Below are positions 47,688-60,681 of a stretch of 64,000 nt of DNA, piece after piece. The notes below the pieces were generated by a model that was given only the letters and a program-made list of their open reading frames with translations, had not been told where the DNA came from and did not search any database. Source of the DNA: Nemertoderma westbladi (lineage: Eukaryota > Animalia > Xenacoelomorpha); contig JAUCBJ010007580.1 of NCBI GenBank assembly GCA_032718475.1, positions 165,972 to 229,971 on the forward strand. Direction: 5' to 3'. The position numbers and the translations under genes are program-made. Numbering within the stretch: position 1 is the stretch's first letter; every line of letters begins with the position of its first letter.

Positions 47688-50600
47688 ATGAGTCAGTCGG
47701 ACGACGCCGACGCGGACCCCGGACGAAGAATTAACGATCCGCGAGGCCGCAACTAGGCGGTACAGGCCCACAACGCCGGACCCATCGGTAACGGGTCATC
47801 CGGCAGCTCAGGATGAGGGGGGCCGCCTGGAACCCGAGGTCGAGCCGAGAGAAGGAGAGAGCGAGACGGAGGGAGAAGGAGACGAGTCGACACGGGACGT
47901 GGGTCGACGTACTGATGTCGCCGGCCAGCCACAGGCCGAGGGCAACGAGCGGCCCACCGAAACGGCGACGGTGGGGCCGACGGTACGACGCCGGACCCGG
48001 AGAGATGGAGGAGATGTCGGTACCGATGTCGCTGGCCAGCCACAGGCCGAGGGCGATGAGCGGCCCACCGAAACGGCGACGGTGGGGCCGATGGTACGAC
48101 GTCGGACCCGGAGAGACGGAAGAGAGGTCGGCGACGAGGACGTCGGGGTTTCTGATTGACTTCGACGGGCCTACAACGCGACCCAGAAACTGCTAAAGGA
48201 GGCCAAAGAGGGGGCGAAGATAGACGAGGTGAGACTGAGGAAACGACTAGGTGAGTCGAACAAATACTTTAATTATCTAATGCGCTTCGGGCAAAGAGAA
48301 CTGGCCAAGGAGAGAGCGAGAGGGGTTGCCGAGGAACTGTATGACTTGTGGCGGTGTAGGGGTATGGAACCTAGCGTAGTGTACGTAGGGCCATACTTAG
48401 TCGATGCCCGGGGACTAAAATTAGTGGGTTGGGAGAGACCTGAGGAGGGCGAATCCGAGGTTAACCCCGAGGATTCGGCCTCGTCGGTCGGAGGAAGTTC
48501 CGGGAGGCGGGGGAAAGTCAGTAGGTCGGGAAGGCAGAGGGAATCCGTCGTAACCGATAAGTCTGCTACATCCTCCGCGAAAGGAAGACGGGTGAGAGAG
48601 ATAAATGCCACGTACCATCTCGATTTGATAGAGCAAGGTCAAAGGGAAGTAGGTAGACGGTTAGAGGAGGGGAGAGTGCTACTAGAGAGGGAAATGGCGT
48701 TGATTAAAGAAACCGGAGAGAGGGCCGAAAGGGCCGCGAGAAGCCTGAGGGAGTGTGAGGAAGTAGGGAGGAAGGAACAAGAAGAGCGTGAGGCGGAACG
48801 TAGGGAACGTGTAGCGAGAGAGAAAAATGAGCGCAAAGAGCGTGAGGCGGAACGTAAGGAACGTGTAGCGAGAGAGGAAAACGAGTGTAAAGAACGTGAG
48901 GTGAGAGAGGAAAACGAGTGCAAAGAACGCGAGGCGAGAGAGGAAAACGAACGCAAAGAGCGTGAGGCGAGACGAAGTGAGGGGGCTAGAAGAGAGTTGG
49001 AATTGGCCGAGCGGGATGCACGGGAGTGTAGGGAGAGAATGGCAAGAAAGGAGTATGAGCGGGAAGAGCTAGAGAAACGTCAAGGTGAGCTTAGAGGATA
49101 CAAAGCTATACATACGCGCGAATGGGAACTGGCGCGAATAGGGGCGTCTGAGAGTGGGGCAGGCTCGAGTATTTTCGAGGAACCAGGGGCTGTGGATACA
49201 TTTATTAATACCCCACTTACAGGGACCGCACGACAGACCCAAGACTGGTGTGACCGTACGGGCGGGGGGGGGGGGGGGGTAATAATAATGCTACAGTAGA
49301 CGTCATTAATATTAATAGTACCGTATTGGATAACCCTAATCCCTTTATTGCAGCAAATAATACTCTATCTAGTAGCAGTAATTTAAATTTAAATACAAAT
49401 AATAATTTCAATTTGAACGAGCAAAATAATCCGAATAATAATTTAAATTTAGAAAATAATAATAATTCAAATAATTTAAGTAATGATCCAAGCCCGAATT
49501 TACAAAATAATTCAAATGATTCTGTTCCAAACGAACAAATTAATCCCGTTTCCAATATGGGTGCTATTAACGTGAACACGTCGGGCGTGTATCTGGGGTA
49601 TATGTATATGGGCTCGTCGGGCCTGGTAGGCCACGTAGTTGGTAGGCCGGAGCAGACGGGGTTGAGTCAACCCAGAGAGGGCCTGGTAGGCCACGTAATT
49701 GGTAGGCAGGGAGTGGCTGGGTCGGGTAGACCCAGCGAGGGCCTGGTAGGCCACGTAGTTGGTAGGCAGGGAGTAGAGGGCCTTGTAGGCCACGCAATAG
49801 CAGAGGGAGAGGCGGGGGTGAATAGACCCGACCGCGGTAGGGTTGATGTGTCGACTGGAGAGGGATATAGTAGCGGGGTGAGAGATAGCGAAGTTAGATG
49901 TGGCGAGTGGGGGGGGGGGGGGGGCTACAGGGGCCCCACAACAGCGAGTTAGCGGCGAAAGGGGGGGGGGGCAGAGAGTGTCCCACAGCCGTCAGCGGAT
50001 AATGCGCGGGCCGAAATAGGTAAACCGCAACACCCGGCGACGAAAAACAATAGGGGGATTGCGAGTATCCCCAGCGGCGTGCGACCGAGCAGAGAGAGAC
50101 AGGTTGACGTCGTAAGAGGGCGGACGAAGCGTCGAGCCCGATCAGAAGAGGGAAGAAGAGCAGTGGGGTTTAACCGGGAGGTCGACGAGAGATCTCACGA
50201 GCGGGAATACTCCACTGAAAGGAGAAGAAGAGAAGACAGTAGTAGAAGTATCGCCGCGAACGATAGAAGAGCGAGGACGGATAGCGAGCCTTCGGTAGTC
50301 GAGATGAGAACAGAGAGTCAGTGGGGTCGGACTCCGGGAGATTGCCGTCGCCCCGGAGAGATGCGACCTGGTGAGGCGCATTACGCGCCGATGGAGGGGT
50401 ACGCGATGTACCGGTACAAAGACGAGAACAGTAGAGAGGGGGGTCGAAGAGAAACTTTCCGACGGAATATACCTACCAATCGAGACTACGGTAGCCGCGG
50501 GGAGGACTATTCGAGAAGAATAAACTTCGATCCCGAGCGACACATGCAGACTGTAGAACATACTGTAGGCCTTACTGCACATACCATAGGCCATACTGAC

Positions 50601-53600
50601 AGAGGCAATGTAGGCGATAGGATAGCGCGGACGACGGGATTAAACCCGGAAGTCGCGGAATACATACCGGCGAGTAGGCCAGAAGCTGATAGGCCTATAC
50701 CGGTACCAGTACAGCAGTATGACTACAGCATGCAGGGACATAACATATACCCAGGGGAGGGGGGAATTATTGCGGATAGGTGTATGGGCCCCAACATATT
50801 AACATCAACCCCAGTACCAAACATACCGGTGGGAGGGGGACAGGGTGACATTCAAACCATCACAATATCAACAATATACCCCGATAGGAGCAAGAACAAC
50901 GAGACCCTTGGATGAAAATAGGTCGTGCGACACAGAAATATGGAGGGGGCCGCTACCCCCGATGACATATCCAAGTCAAAGAAAAGCTGGAAATAGGACA
51001 GACGGACCGCACCAGACAGGAGAAACTATACAACATCCATCGAACCCATTGGAAGCACAGGCGATGGGGATGGCCACGTTGATCGATGCGTTGAAAACGA
51101 GGATTGAGTTACCACCCGTGGAACCATTCAAATTCGATGGGAGTAGGCCGGAAGAATATCTACAGTTTCGGCGCATGTATAGTAACGAAATACTAACAAA
51201 AAACTTGACGCAGGCGGAGTGCCATATCTGCAAGTATACACAGGAGGCCCAGCATACGATATCGTGAGGCAATACCAAGGCATAGAGGGCGGCTTCACGA
51301 CAGCATGGCGGGCACTGGATAGGGAATACGGGCACCCGGCCAAGATCATCAGGCAGACACTGAGAGGCATAACATCGGGTGGCCTACAGGATAATCCCGT
51401 TAGCATTAAGACGTTCGCTAACAAAGTCGAAAAGGCGCTAATCGTGCTGAAGACGCTAGACGCGCCATACGAGCTCAACGCGTCCAACAACATCACCACG
51501 ATAGCGCAGGCACTACCGAACTGGCTGCGTAACAAGTGGAGGAAAATCGCTTTCTCCACTCGAGACAAGAAGGGTGTGGAACCGGGTTTAGAAGAAATGT
51601 CAAGCTTCTTAAACTACGAGGCTGAACTAATAACTGACCCAGTTTATAGCGAAGATAGCCTGGGAAAGGGACCGAAGACGGATTACCATAGACCGAAAGC
51701 AGAGCACAATACATCAAACGCATTACCGAGGCTCAGGCAATCATTGCCATATGCAGCGACGCAGGGGACTACGAGTCCACAGATAGCCGAAAGTAAGACC
51801 ACACCATGGAACGAACAGGGGAACAATAACAACACGAATAAATATAACCCCAGTACGTCCAGTAGGCCGAATCCAAACAATAAGAATAGTAGGGACTTTG
51901 GTACAAACGCAGCTGCGATACGCAATGCGCTGTATAAGGAGGGCTACGACCCAAAGAGCAAATGCCAGCTACACTCAAATGCGCTTCATCAAACCATGAA
52001 CTGCAGGTACTGGCAGGCGCTACCTAGGCAAGATCAGATAGATTATGCGTTGAGCAATAAAATCTGCTCGCGATGTGTGATGAGTGGACATAGAGCTAGG
52101 GAATGCAAGGAGAAGCCGGTAAAGTTCGGTCAAAGGAGAGGCCAAACGATGGCAACGAGCACAGTAGGGGCGAAGAAGAGAGGAACGGTGTTACTTGGTA
52201 GTAGTACCCGTGCGAGTGATTGGAGAAGGCAATCGATCAGTAACAACACTAATGCTGGTCGATAGTGGAGCTGCCTTCACATTAGTCGAGGAATGGGTGG
52301 CCGAAGAGATAGGATTGAGAACGAGGCCAAGCAGAATGGCGGTAACAACCATCTCTAGCAAAGATGAGATCCTGGAGATGAGAACCGGACGGTGCGCAAT
52401 TGCAGCGGTGGCACCGGGATGCGACTATGGGGCAACCATCGACCCCATCCAAGTGATAGAGTCAATTAATATCAATGCCAGGCGGCCAACCAACATCGAG
52501 GTCGAGCAATATAAATTCCTGGACGACATTGACTTCTCAATCCCAGATGTGGACGTTAGGAAGGTATCCATCATAGTAGGAATGGACTGCCCAACGGCCC
52601 ACGAAAGAATGCAAACGGTCTTCGGCGAAGACAAGCAGTGTGACCCGGTGGCGATATTAACACCATTCGGGTGGACGCTGAGTGGCCCAATCAAGAGCAA
52701 GATACCATTTAGGATGTCGGAGACATCAGGATGCATGTTCGCGGGAACAATGCAGGAAATGGGTGATGAGGGAGCAGAGGAGCAGCTTAAAAGACTGCTC
52801 AAACAAGATTTCGAGGGACTGAAAGAGACCGGGGTCGGGACCTCGGTAGAAGACAAGCAGGCTTTACAAAGCGTGGAGGAGTCGATGACATGCGATGAGG
52901 GGCGGTATACTATAGGAATGGTATGGAAACTACCGAAGATACCACTGCCCGATAATAGAGGGATGGTACTCACGAGACTCCGCAAGCTGAAACAAACACT
53001 AAAACGGAGCCCCGAGAAGAATGAGTACATCCACAGAACGATTAAGAAGTACGTCGAGAAAGGATGGGCCGTGGAGTTACCGGTCGACGAACCGAACACG
53101 GACAGGACATATTACCTGCCACTCCACGTGGCTTTAGACCCAAAGAAAGGTAAACTGCGGATGGTAGTTGACGCATCGGCAAAGACCAACGGAAAATGCT
53201 TAAACGACTATCTGTTAGAAGGTCCAAACATATACAACTCGGGCATAGAGGTCCTACTTAGATTTAGGAATGGGAAACACGCCTTCACGTGTGACATAGA
53301 AGGCATGTTCAACCAAGTCCGTGTAACGGAGGAAGATAGCGACAGTCAAGCGCTTCTTATGGTATAACGGCGAGGAAGAACCGTCGATAATACCGGCATA
53401 TAAGATGGTAGTACAAAACATGGGGGCCAAGTCGTCTTCATTTACGACGACTATGGCAGTGAGAGACACAGTGAAGGGGAAGGAAGATAGATACAGCACT
53501 AGGGCCGTCGATATGATTCGACGCGGCTTCTACGTAGACGACGGAATGGAGTCTGGAAATACGGTTAAGGAGATACTGGACACAGGGCGCGAGGTTCGCG

Positions 53601-56170
53601 ACATCCTAAAAGGATCCGGCTTTAACCTGACCAAATTCCAATCCAGTTCGGAAGAATTTATCAAGGCGATAGAGGACAAGAGACCAGAATCGACCATGGA
53701 TAATCCCACAACAGCCAAAGGGCAGGACATGGCGAACAAGAGAACAGAATCTCAACAGAAGGCATTGGGAATCGTGTGGAACAGAGAGACAGACGAACTG
53801 AAGTATCAGCTGAGCCAGGAGGGCGCAGACATCCACACGAAGAGGGGCTATGTATCGTATATAGCAAGGATATACGATCCCCTAGGCCTAGCATCCCCAT
53901 TATTAGTCACGGGAAAACAGATACTCAAGAGAGTATACAAATTGAAGGATGAGTGGGACGTAGAGGTACCAGAGGAAATCAAGAAACAGTGGAGTAAGTG
54001 GACAGGAGACTTGGAGAAGATGGGAACATACAACATGCCACGAGTGTATTTCCCGGATGGGAACATGACGAATCTGGACCTACACATGTTCTCCGATGCG
54101 TCGTTGGAGGCGTACGGAGCGGCACTCTATTTAGTACAACGAGAGGGGGCTCATAAGCCCAGACTAGCCTTTAGCAAAGCAAAGTCAACGCCGCCAGATT
54201 CAGCATCAGTTCCCAAGTTAGAATTGACAGCTGCGAGACTAGGAGTAAGAGCCACAGCCTACCTAGTGGATACTATTCCCAACATAGTGGAGACACACTA
54301 CTGGACGGACTCCATGGTAGTGCTTGGTTGGCTACATAACGAAAGGACGAGATACCCAATATTCGTCGCAAATAGAGTGGACGAAATAAGGGCGACCACA
54401 GAACTGGAAAGGTGGCACTACTGCCCAACGGACGAGAACCCAGCGGACTTGTTGTCGAGGGGCGTGGTACGCCACACTTTCTTGAAGAAGGAAGTATTGT
54501 GGCAACATGGGCCACAATTTCTGAGCGATAAGGAGGCCTGGCCGCCGATGAGAAAGGTGGACCCGGGCTCAGAAATAGTGTCAGAGGGAGAAGAAGGAGA
54601 TTCAGAGGGAGAAGAGATATACTCCCAGATGGTGAGGGAGATTAGGGACGTGCAACCAAAACGAGAACTATGCGATAACCCGACGGATAAACTCCTCAGC
54701 TACAGCTCTAGTTGGTATAAGACCAAGAAATTAGTGGCGTACTGGAGAGCCTTCGGGAATTTCCTCGCGGGAGTTGGCAAAGACAAGAAGATCAGGACAT
54801 CCACAGATCTGGAAGGAGCGGCCAAGGCAGTCATCCGCTATGAACAACGGAAGAACTATGGCGACGAGGTGGAACGCGTCGGTAACCAACAGCACCTCCG
54901 ACGGGACAGCGAGCTGATTACGCTGTCGCCACAACTTAATGACGACGGGATTCTAGTAATGAATTCTAGGGTGGGATACAACAACAGCATAATCGTACCA
55001 CCGAAACCCATCATCATTCCAACAGGATCGCCAATAGTTCACCAGATTATCTGGGACTCCCACAAGTCGATATTGCACGGGGGCACCAACAGAACTCTCA
55101 CGGAGATAAGGAGGACCTTTTGGGTCAAACAGTTGAGGAAGAAGGTAAAAGCGGCAGTGGGGCAGTGCCAGACCTGCCGACGAGCGAAGAAGGAGCGAGC
55201 CATACAAGAGATGGCGCCACTACCAGCGAGTAGAGTAAGACAGCATGACCCGCCATTTACGCATTGCGGTGTGGACATGTTCGGGCCGATAAAGATCAAG
55301 GTGATGCGGCACACGGAGAAACGCTACGGTATCATCTTCGTATGTAACAACACGCGGGCGGTAGGGATAGAACTCGCCCAAGATGCAACCGCATCAGCAT
55401 TCATTAATGCCTTAGAAAGGTTTAGAGACCGCAAAGGTGGGACGATCGCAGTGATATACAGCGACAATGGCACCAACTTTGTGGGCGCAGAGAATGAGAT
55501 GGCAGAGGCCTTTGACATCTTGGAAGGGGAGGAAGTCAGGGCGGCCATGAGACGACGACAAGTAAAGTGGGAGAGAAGGACGCCGTATGCACCACATACA
55601 CTAGGATGCGTCGAGAGACTGGTGGGCAGTTCAAAGCGTCTAATGACGAAGCTAATGAACACCCACATGGTCACTGAGGACGTCTTACGGACAGTGCTTG
55701 CGAAGTGCGAGGGGATCATTAATAACAGACCGCTATACCCACAGAATGATGACCCTGAGTCACTGGACGTGCTGACGCCTAGCCATTTTCTAATGGAAAG
55801 GCCAGCGACCATCGATATGCGGGGTGTAGATCCAGATGACATACACTCCCGCCAAAGTTGGAAAGTCGCTAAAGCAATAAGCGCAGAGTATTGGAGGAGG
55901 TGGGTAGAAGAATACCTACCCACGCTCCATAAAAGAAGCAAGTGGAGGAAGCCGAATAGGGAGTTAAGAGTAGGAGATCTTGTAATCGTTACGGATGATA
56001 CTATCATCAACAACCAATGGCGGTTGGCGAGAGTTGTAGGCACTTACTCCGACGAGGACAGAAGAGTCCGATCGGTAGAAGTGCGGATAGGTGGTAAGAT
56101 AGGTGCGAAGGACAGAAAAACCTACAGGAGAGCTGTAGGGAAATGCTGTCTGTTAGAAGGGGCACCTTAG
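47688..56170 (+). CDS. BEL/Pao gag-pol polyprotein with several frameshifts
   Basis: ATG at 47688. Coiled coil, Pao gag core, knuckles CQLH..H..C and CSRC..H..C, LVDSGA, CDIEGMFNQV, FYVDD, FSDAS, PKLEL, WTDS, NPADLLSRG, H..H..CQTC, VDMFGP, SDNGTNF and VERLVG. Confidence 0.93.
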
Positions 56171-56332
56171 TGGAGTTAGAGAAGAGTTTAGTCGTCCAAG
56201 TTTTGGACTGAGGGGGGTGGGATAGAGGGTGAGACGCCCTTCCCACACACAAAAAAATAAAAATAAAATAAAAATAAAATAATAGTACATAGTAAGTACG
56301 CAGTTAGTAGGCAGAAGTTAGTCAGTAAGAAG

Positions 56333-56945
56333 GTACGTAGTACTGTCAGTTAGTTAGTTAGTTAGGAGGTACGAGAGAGTTAGAGGGTACGTAGTACCGC
56401 TAATTAGTTAGAGAGTTAGAGGGTACGTAGTACCGCTAATTAGTTAGAGAGTTAGAGGGTACGTAGTACCGTTAGTTAGAGAGTTAGAGGGTACGTAGTA
56501 CCGTTAGTTAGAGAGTTAGAGGGTACGTAGTACCGTTAGTTAGAGAGTTAGAGGGTACGTAGTACCGCTAGTTAGAGAGAGAGTAAGAGAGTTAGAGGGT
56601 ACATAGTACCGTTAGTTAGAGAGTTCGAGGGTACGTAGTACCGTTAGTTAGAGAGTTAGAGGGTACGTAGTACCGTTAGTTAGAGAGTTAGAGGGTACGT
56701 AGTACCGTTAGTTAGAGAGTTAGAGGGTACGTAGTACCGTTAGTTAGAGAGTTAGAGGGTATGTAGCACCGCTAGTTAGAGAGTTAGAGGGTACGTAGTA
56801 CCGTTAGTTAGAGAGTTAGAGGGTGCGTAGTACCGTTAGTTAGAGAGAGAGTAAGAATTAGAGGGTACGTAGTACCGTTAGTTAGAGAGAGAGTAAGAGT
56901 TAGAGGGTACGTAGTACCGTTAGTTAGAGAGAGAGTAAGAGGTAG
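56333..56945. repeat. 32 bp tandem array (~18 units) between pol and ORF3
   Basis: Unit GTTAGTTAGAGAGTTAGAGGGTACGTAGTACC, each containing the hairpin GGTAC-gta-GTACC. Confidence 0.95.
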
Positions 56946-57416
56946 AAAGGTATATACATAAGATATAGATACTAGTTAGCAGTTAGTAGCGAGAGGGGGG
57001 CATATGAGTACAGCTGGGTAAATCGTGTGGCCACGCGACGCATACTGCTGTACTGCACAGGCCCACAGAGTAGGCCGGAATGTGGATTAGAGAATAGAAT
57101 AATCCATAGGCAATAGTAAGTAGTAGGACAGTAGAATTAAAAATTAAACTAAAATAAATAGAATAGGGCTGAAAGTTACAAATTATGGCAACACTAGGAA
57201 AGTTATTCTGGAACATAATAAAAGTAACTGACAGAAATTGAAATTAGGGTGTATTTACTAGCTTCAGAATTAATTAGTAATAATTTAGGCTAAAAGGGCG
57301 CAGTTAAGTAAGGAATAAGCCATTATCGGACCGTACAGAACATCTTAGATACATCACTCATCTGTATTGCGCCTTGGTAAGGCACTACCTTACAGGTGAG
57401 CGAGTGAGTGTTCGGA

Positions 57417-59963
57417 ATGGCGAGCAAATTGATCAGAAAGAGAAAGGCGGAGTCAGGAGGAAAGGAGATACTGGTGGATTTCACCGAGAGGCATCCGGAA
57501 GAGAAGACGAGAGGATACTACGAGAGGTTGGAAAGGGGTCACGCAGCACGAGCGCTGCAGGATCACTTCCGGGAGATGCACGAACAGCGGCTGGTCGGGA
57601 CCTACGGGACGCCGTCGCTGGACAACGCGATCTTCCAACACTTCCACTACGTGGTGAAAGGGGACGAGGCGAAGTTCGGGATTCCAAAGTACCCGAGGGA
57701 ATCCCCGAGGAAGGATTGGAAGAGATTCATAGAGTCCGTCAACAGGGGAGGATATATGATCCTAGACGACGAGGGAACCGTGGAAGACGAGGAGGGTTCG
57801 AGACGAGGATCGGCGGGGTCGGCCAGGACCATACTCCTACATTTGGCCGCGCCAAATGGGGACATCTTCTTATTCGATCTAGGAACGTATGGGAAGAAGG
57901 ACGGGCCGAAATTAAACCGGTTGCCGAAAGCGGTACAAGTCTTGGTAAGAGAGAAGTCGACGACGAAAGTGGGATCAGCGATTCGCGAGGACGCGGAGAG
58001 AATCATCGGTCCGGACGCCACCAACCTCCTGGATATGCAGAAGGTCTTCATGGCTATGACAGCACCGGATGGGTTGGGGGTAGTCGGGAACACAGGCCAA
58101 TGCGGGGCGGTGGCAATGGGCCAACTATTGGGGCTCGTATGCCACAAACCGATGGACTGGGGGAAGTTCAGGGAAGAATACGGAGCAGAACTAGCGAACT
58201 CGCTAAAGTGGGGAGCGAGACCGGGAAAGCAAGAGGTATATCAATTCCGCAGAGGAGCGATAAAGGTATATCAGAAGCGATATATCCTGCAGGAAGATTG
58301 GATGATGATAAGTTTGCTTAACTTATTTATGACCGTGGTTATCGAGAGGGAACCAGCGGCATTTCTGTTATCGGGATCACCCCTAAGCTACAGGAGAGCC
58401 TTTAAAGTGGCCTTCGACGGTCTGGTAGACCACCCGGGGCTGAAGGGCGAGTCGGTGTACTACAACAGCCGACATCTGGTAGACGGGGAGACGGATACGC
58501 CGTATCAGAGATGGGAGCAGCTAGAGACGGATAGACGAGAAGCAAAGCGACTGGAAGAAGTCGCTAGACGGGAGAGGATAGAAGCAGAGGAGAGGGAAGA
58601 GGAGGCCAGGACGCAGAGTTACTGCTTCGAGGAACAGGCAGTCTTAGACGAACTTCATTGGACTTCGTCAGGGAGTTCGGGGGAGTCTCTAGGGCGAGAA
58701 TTGGGATGGACGGTGGATCACCGAAACAGTCGACGTCGGGGTTGCAAGAGATGCCCATACCAGCGGGCGCCGAAGGCGACCAACTGCCAAGGAAGTTAAG
58801 GGAGCTAGAGGGATGGAGAGCTACGGGCGAGAGCCAAGGCGGGAAGGGACATAGTGGATCCATCGGGATACCGGGGTTGGAGCCACTGCCAGAGGAGGAG
58901 GAGGACGACGACGAGTTCGGAGGGGTGCCGCCCATCGAGAGGATTGGCCACTCGGACACGGACTGGGTTGGCGGGAGGGTGGTGACGGCCAGTGGGGCGA
59001 GGGCCTTCTGGAACAGATCCGGCAAGCGGACCTGGGTGCACGAGGAGCCGGCGATGGATTTCGCAGGGAGCACTATCAGGTTGGGCGAGCAACCGGGGAC
59101 GGCACCGCGGATAGTATTTGGGGAGACGATGCCCGAGAGGGGCGGAGAGATCGACGTAGACAGGGACACCAACGTGGAGAAGTTCGCCTACCAGCGACTC
59201 CACAGACCGCGGAGATCGCTTGGGACGAAAGACGACGTGGGGCGGGAGACATTGGTACTCGGCTGTGACTACTGTGGGAGACAGACCCACCAGGAAAGGA
59301 GCTGCTTGTACCGGTTCCAAAAGGGAACCTTTTGTCTCTACTGCCGAGAGTCGAGCCACAGGATGGGGGCATGTCCACGGTTGCATAACCGATGTCCGAA
59401 GTGCAACTTTCGGGGACACTACGGACGCCAGTGCGACTGGATGGACGACGAAGAGAAGTTCACGAAGATTCGAGGAGTGGGCCGACGTCGGGGCCATGAC
59501 GCGCCAGCGCATGAAGGCCCAGGAGTTCAAGTGGGGTTTCTTCCTTATCAATCAGGAGGCTCACATGGAAATCATAAAGCGGAGGCTACCGTTTACCTAT
59601 CAAGAGGTAGCAACGGCGGCGTCGTATGCCGGAGTGATGAATACACAAAGATATTTGGACAGGTGGACGCCACAGAACCGAGGGGAGTTTAGGGATTTCT
59701 TGGCGGAGCACGTGCCGCGAGCAATGAAAATGATCCTATGGGACGCCACCAGAGGGAGACAACAGGGCCACTCTGAGGGGCCACCGGCGAAGCGATATCG
59801 GGCACTAATAGCACCAGCGCCCAAGGAGCCAACAACCGGAATCAGCAGGGAGGTGGCGGCGAAAGTCCGAAAGCAGAAAGCGGATCCCAGAGGAGCGGTG
59901 GTAACCAAGAAACGACCCAGGGAAGAGGACGCCAGGGGGAACTATCCCCAGAGGAACAGATAG
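57417..59963 (+). CDS. ORF3 of element C: DEDDy (WRN/Mut-7/RNase D-like) 3'-5' exonuclease domain plus three CCHC zinc knuckles; two apparent frameshifts
   Basis: ILDDEG (Exo I), LLHLA..IFLFDL..LPKAVQVLV..STTKVGSAIRED (Exo II), LLDM, LLG...KP, QKRYILQED (Exo III-like). Knuckles CDYCGRQTHQERSC, CLYCRESSHRMGAC and CPKCNFRGHYGRQC. Frames 57408-58799, 58658-59692 and 59220-59963 are joined at ~58655 and ~59462. Confidence 0.75.
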
Positions 59964-60681
59964 GTTCCTAGGGCCGGGGGAGAGAAACTGAGACTTGGAC
60001 GTGGTACGCCTGGAAGGCACCGCGTGGGACGTATGAACTATTAAGTACAAATTAAGCTGATGCAAAATAATTAAATAAGTGCAATTATATGTACGTACGT
60101 AGTGATCAGTAGTTTAGCAATAAAATATACGTTCGGAGTAAGTACTATAGTCATACAACCTTTCTCAATTAGCTACTGGGACTGGGGGGATAACTGACTA
60201 TGGCACTATGGACGAGACACCAGACGATTTCACACTTCTTGAGTGCGACGTCACAAGAGGGGGGGGGGAGATTCGTCAGAAGGGATGAGGTTTTCAAAGT
60301 GGGGTTGAGGGACGGAGTAATAGTGCGAAGTGCGGAGAGAGTGCGGACGCAATTCTAGTGTGGGGGGGGGGGGAGAATAAGAGGCTGAGTGAGGGACGAG
60401 GAGGTCCGAGGGTATGAGAGAGTTAGGGTGAGAGTGGAGAAGAGATAGGGCGAAAGTGTTGGGGAAACAAAAGTCGCGTGAGAGGTGAGCGCGATCGGCC
60501 CGACATGGGACGCCAGGCATACAGGGTAGCGTTATCATACCCATAGGGAGCAGCCTGGAAAGCCGGCTCCGAGAGAAAAGAATTCCACCCCACACCCGAT
60601 ACTAGATCGGGATCCAGCGGGATTGTAGCGCACTTTAAGGTGGATGCTATCTTCTCACCAGGAAGATAGCATGGGGGGGAG

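Noticed and set aside
52425-56043. Long antisense ORFs over pol (also over the Gypsy pol and ORF3)
   Set aside because: Shadow frames caused by purine-skewed coding sequence; no motifs.
56333-56945. CRISPR-like array of palindromic 32 bp repeats next to a nuclease gene
   Set aside because: Units are head-to-tail with no unique spacers, there are no cas genes, and the context is a eukaryotic retrotransposon.
57417-59963. env gene in the ORF3 position
   Set aside because: No signal peptide, fusion peptide or C-terminal TM anchor; the motifs point to a nuclease plus knuckles.
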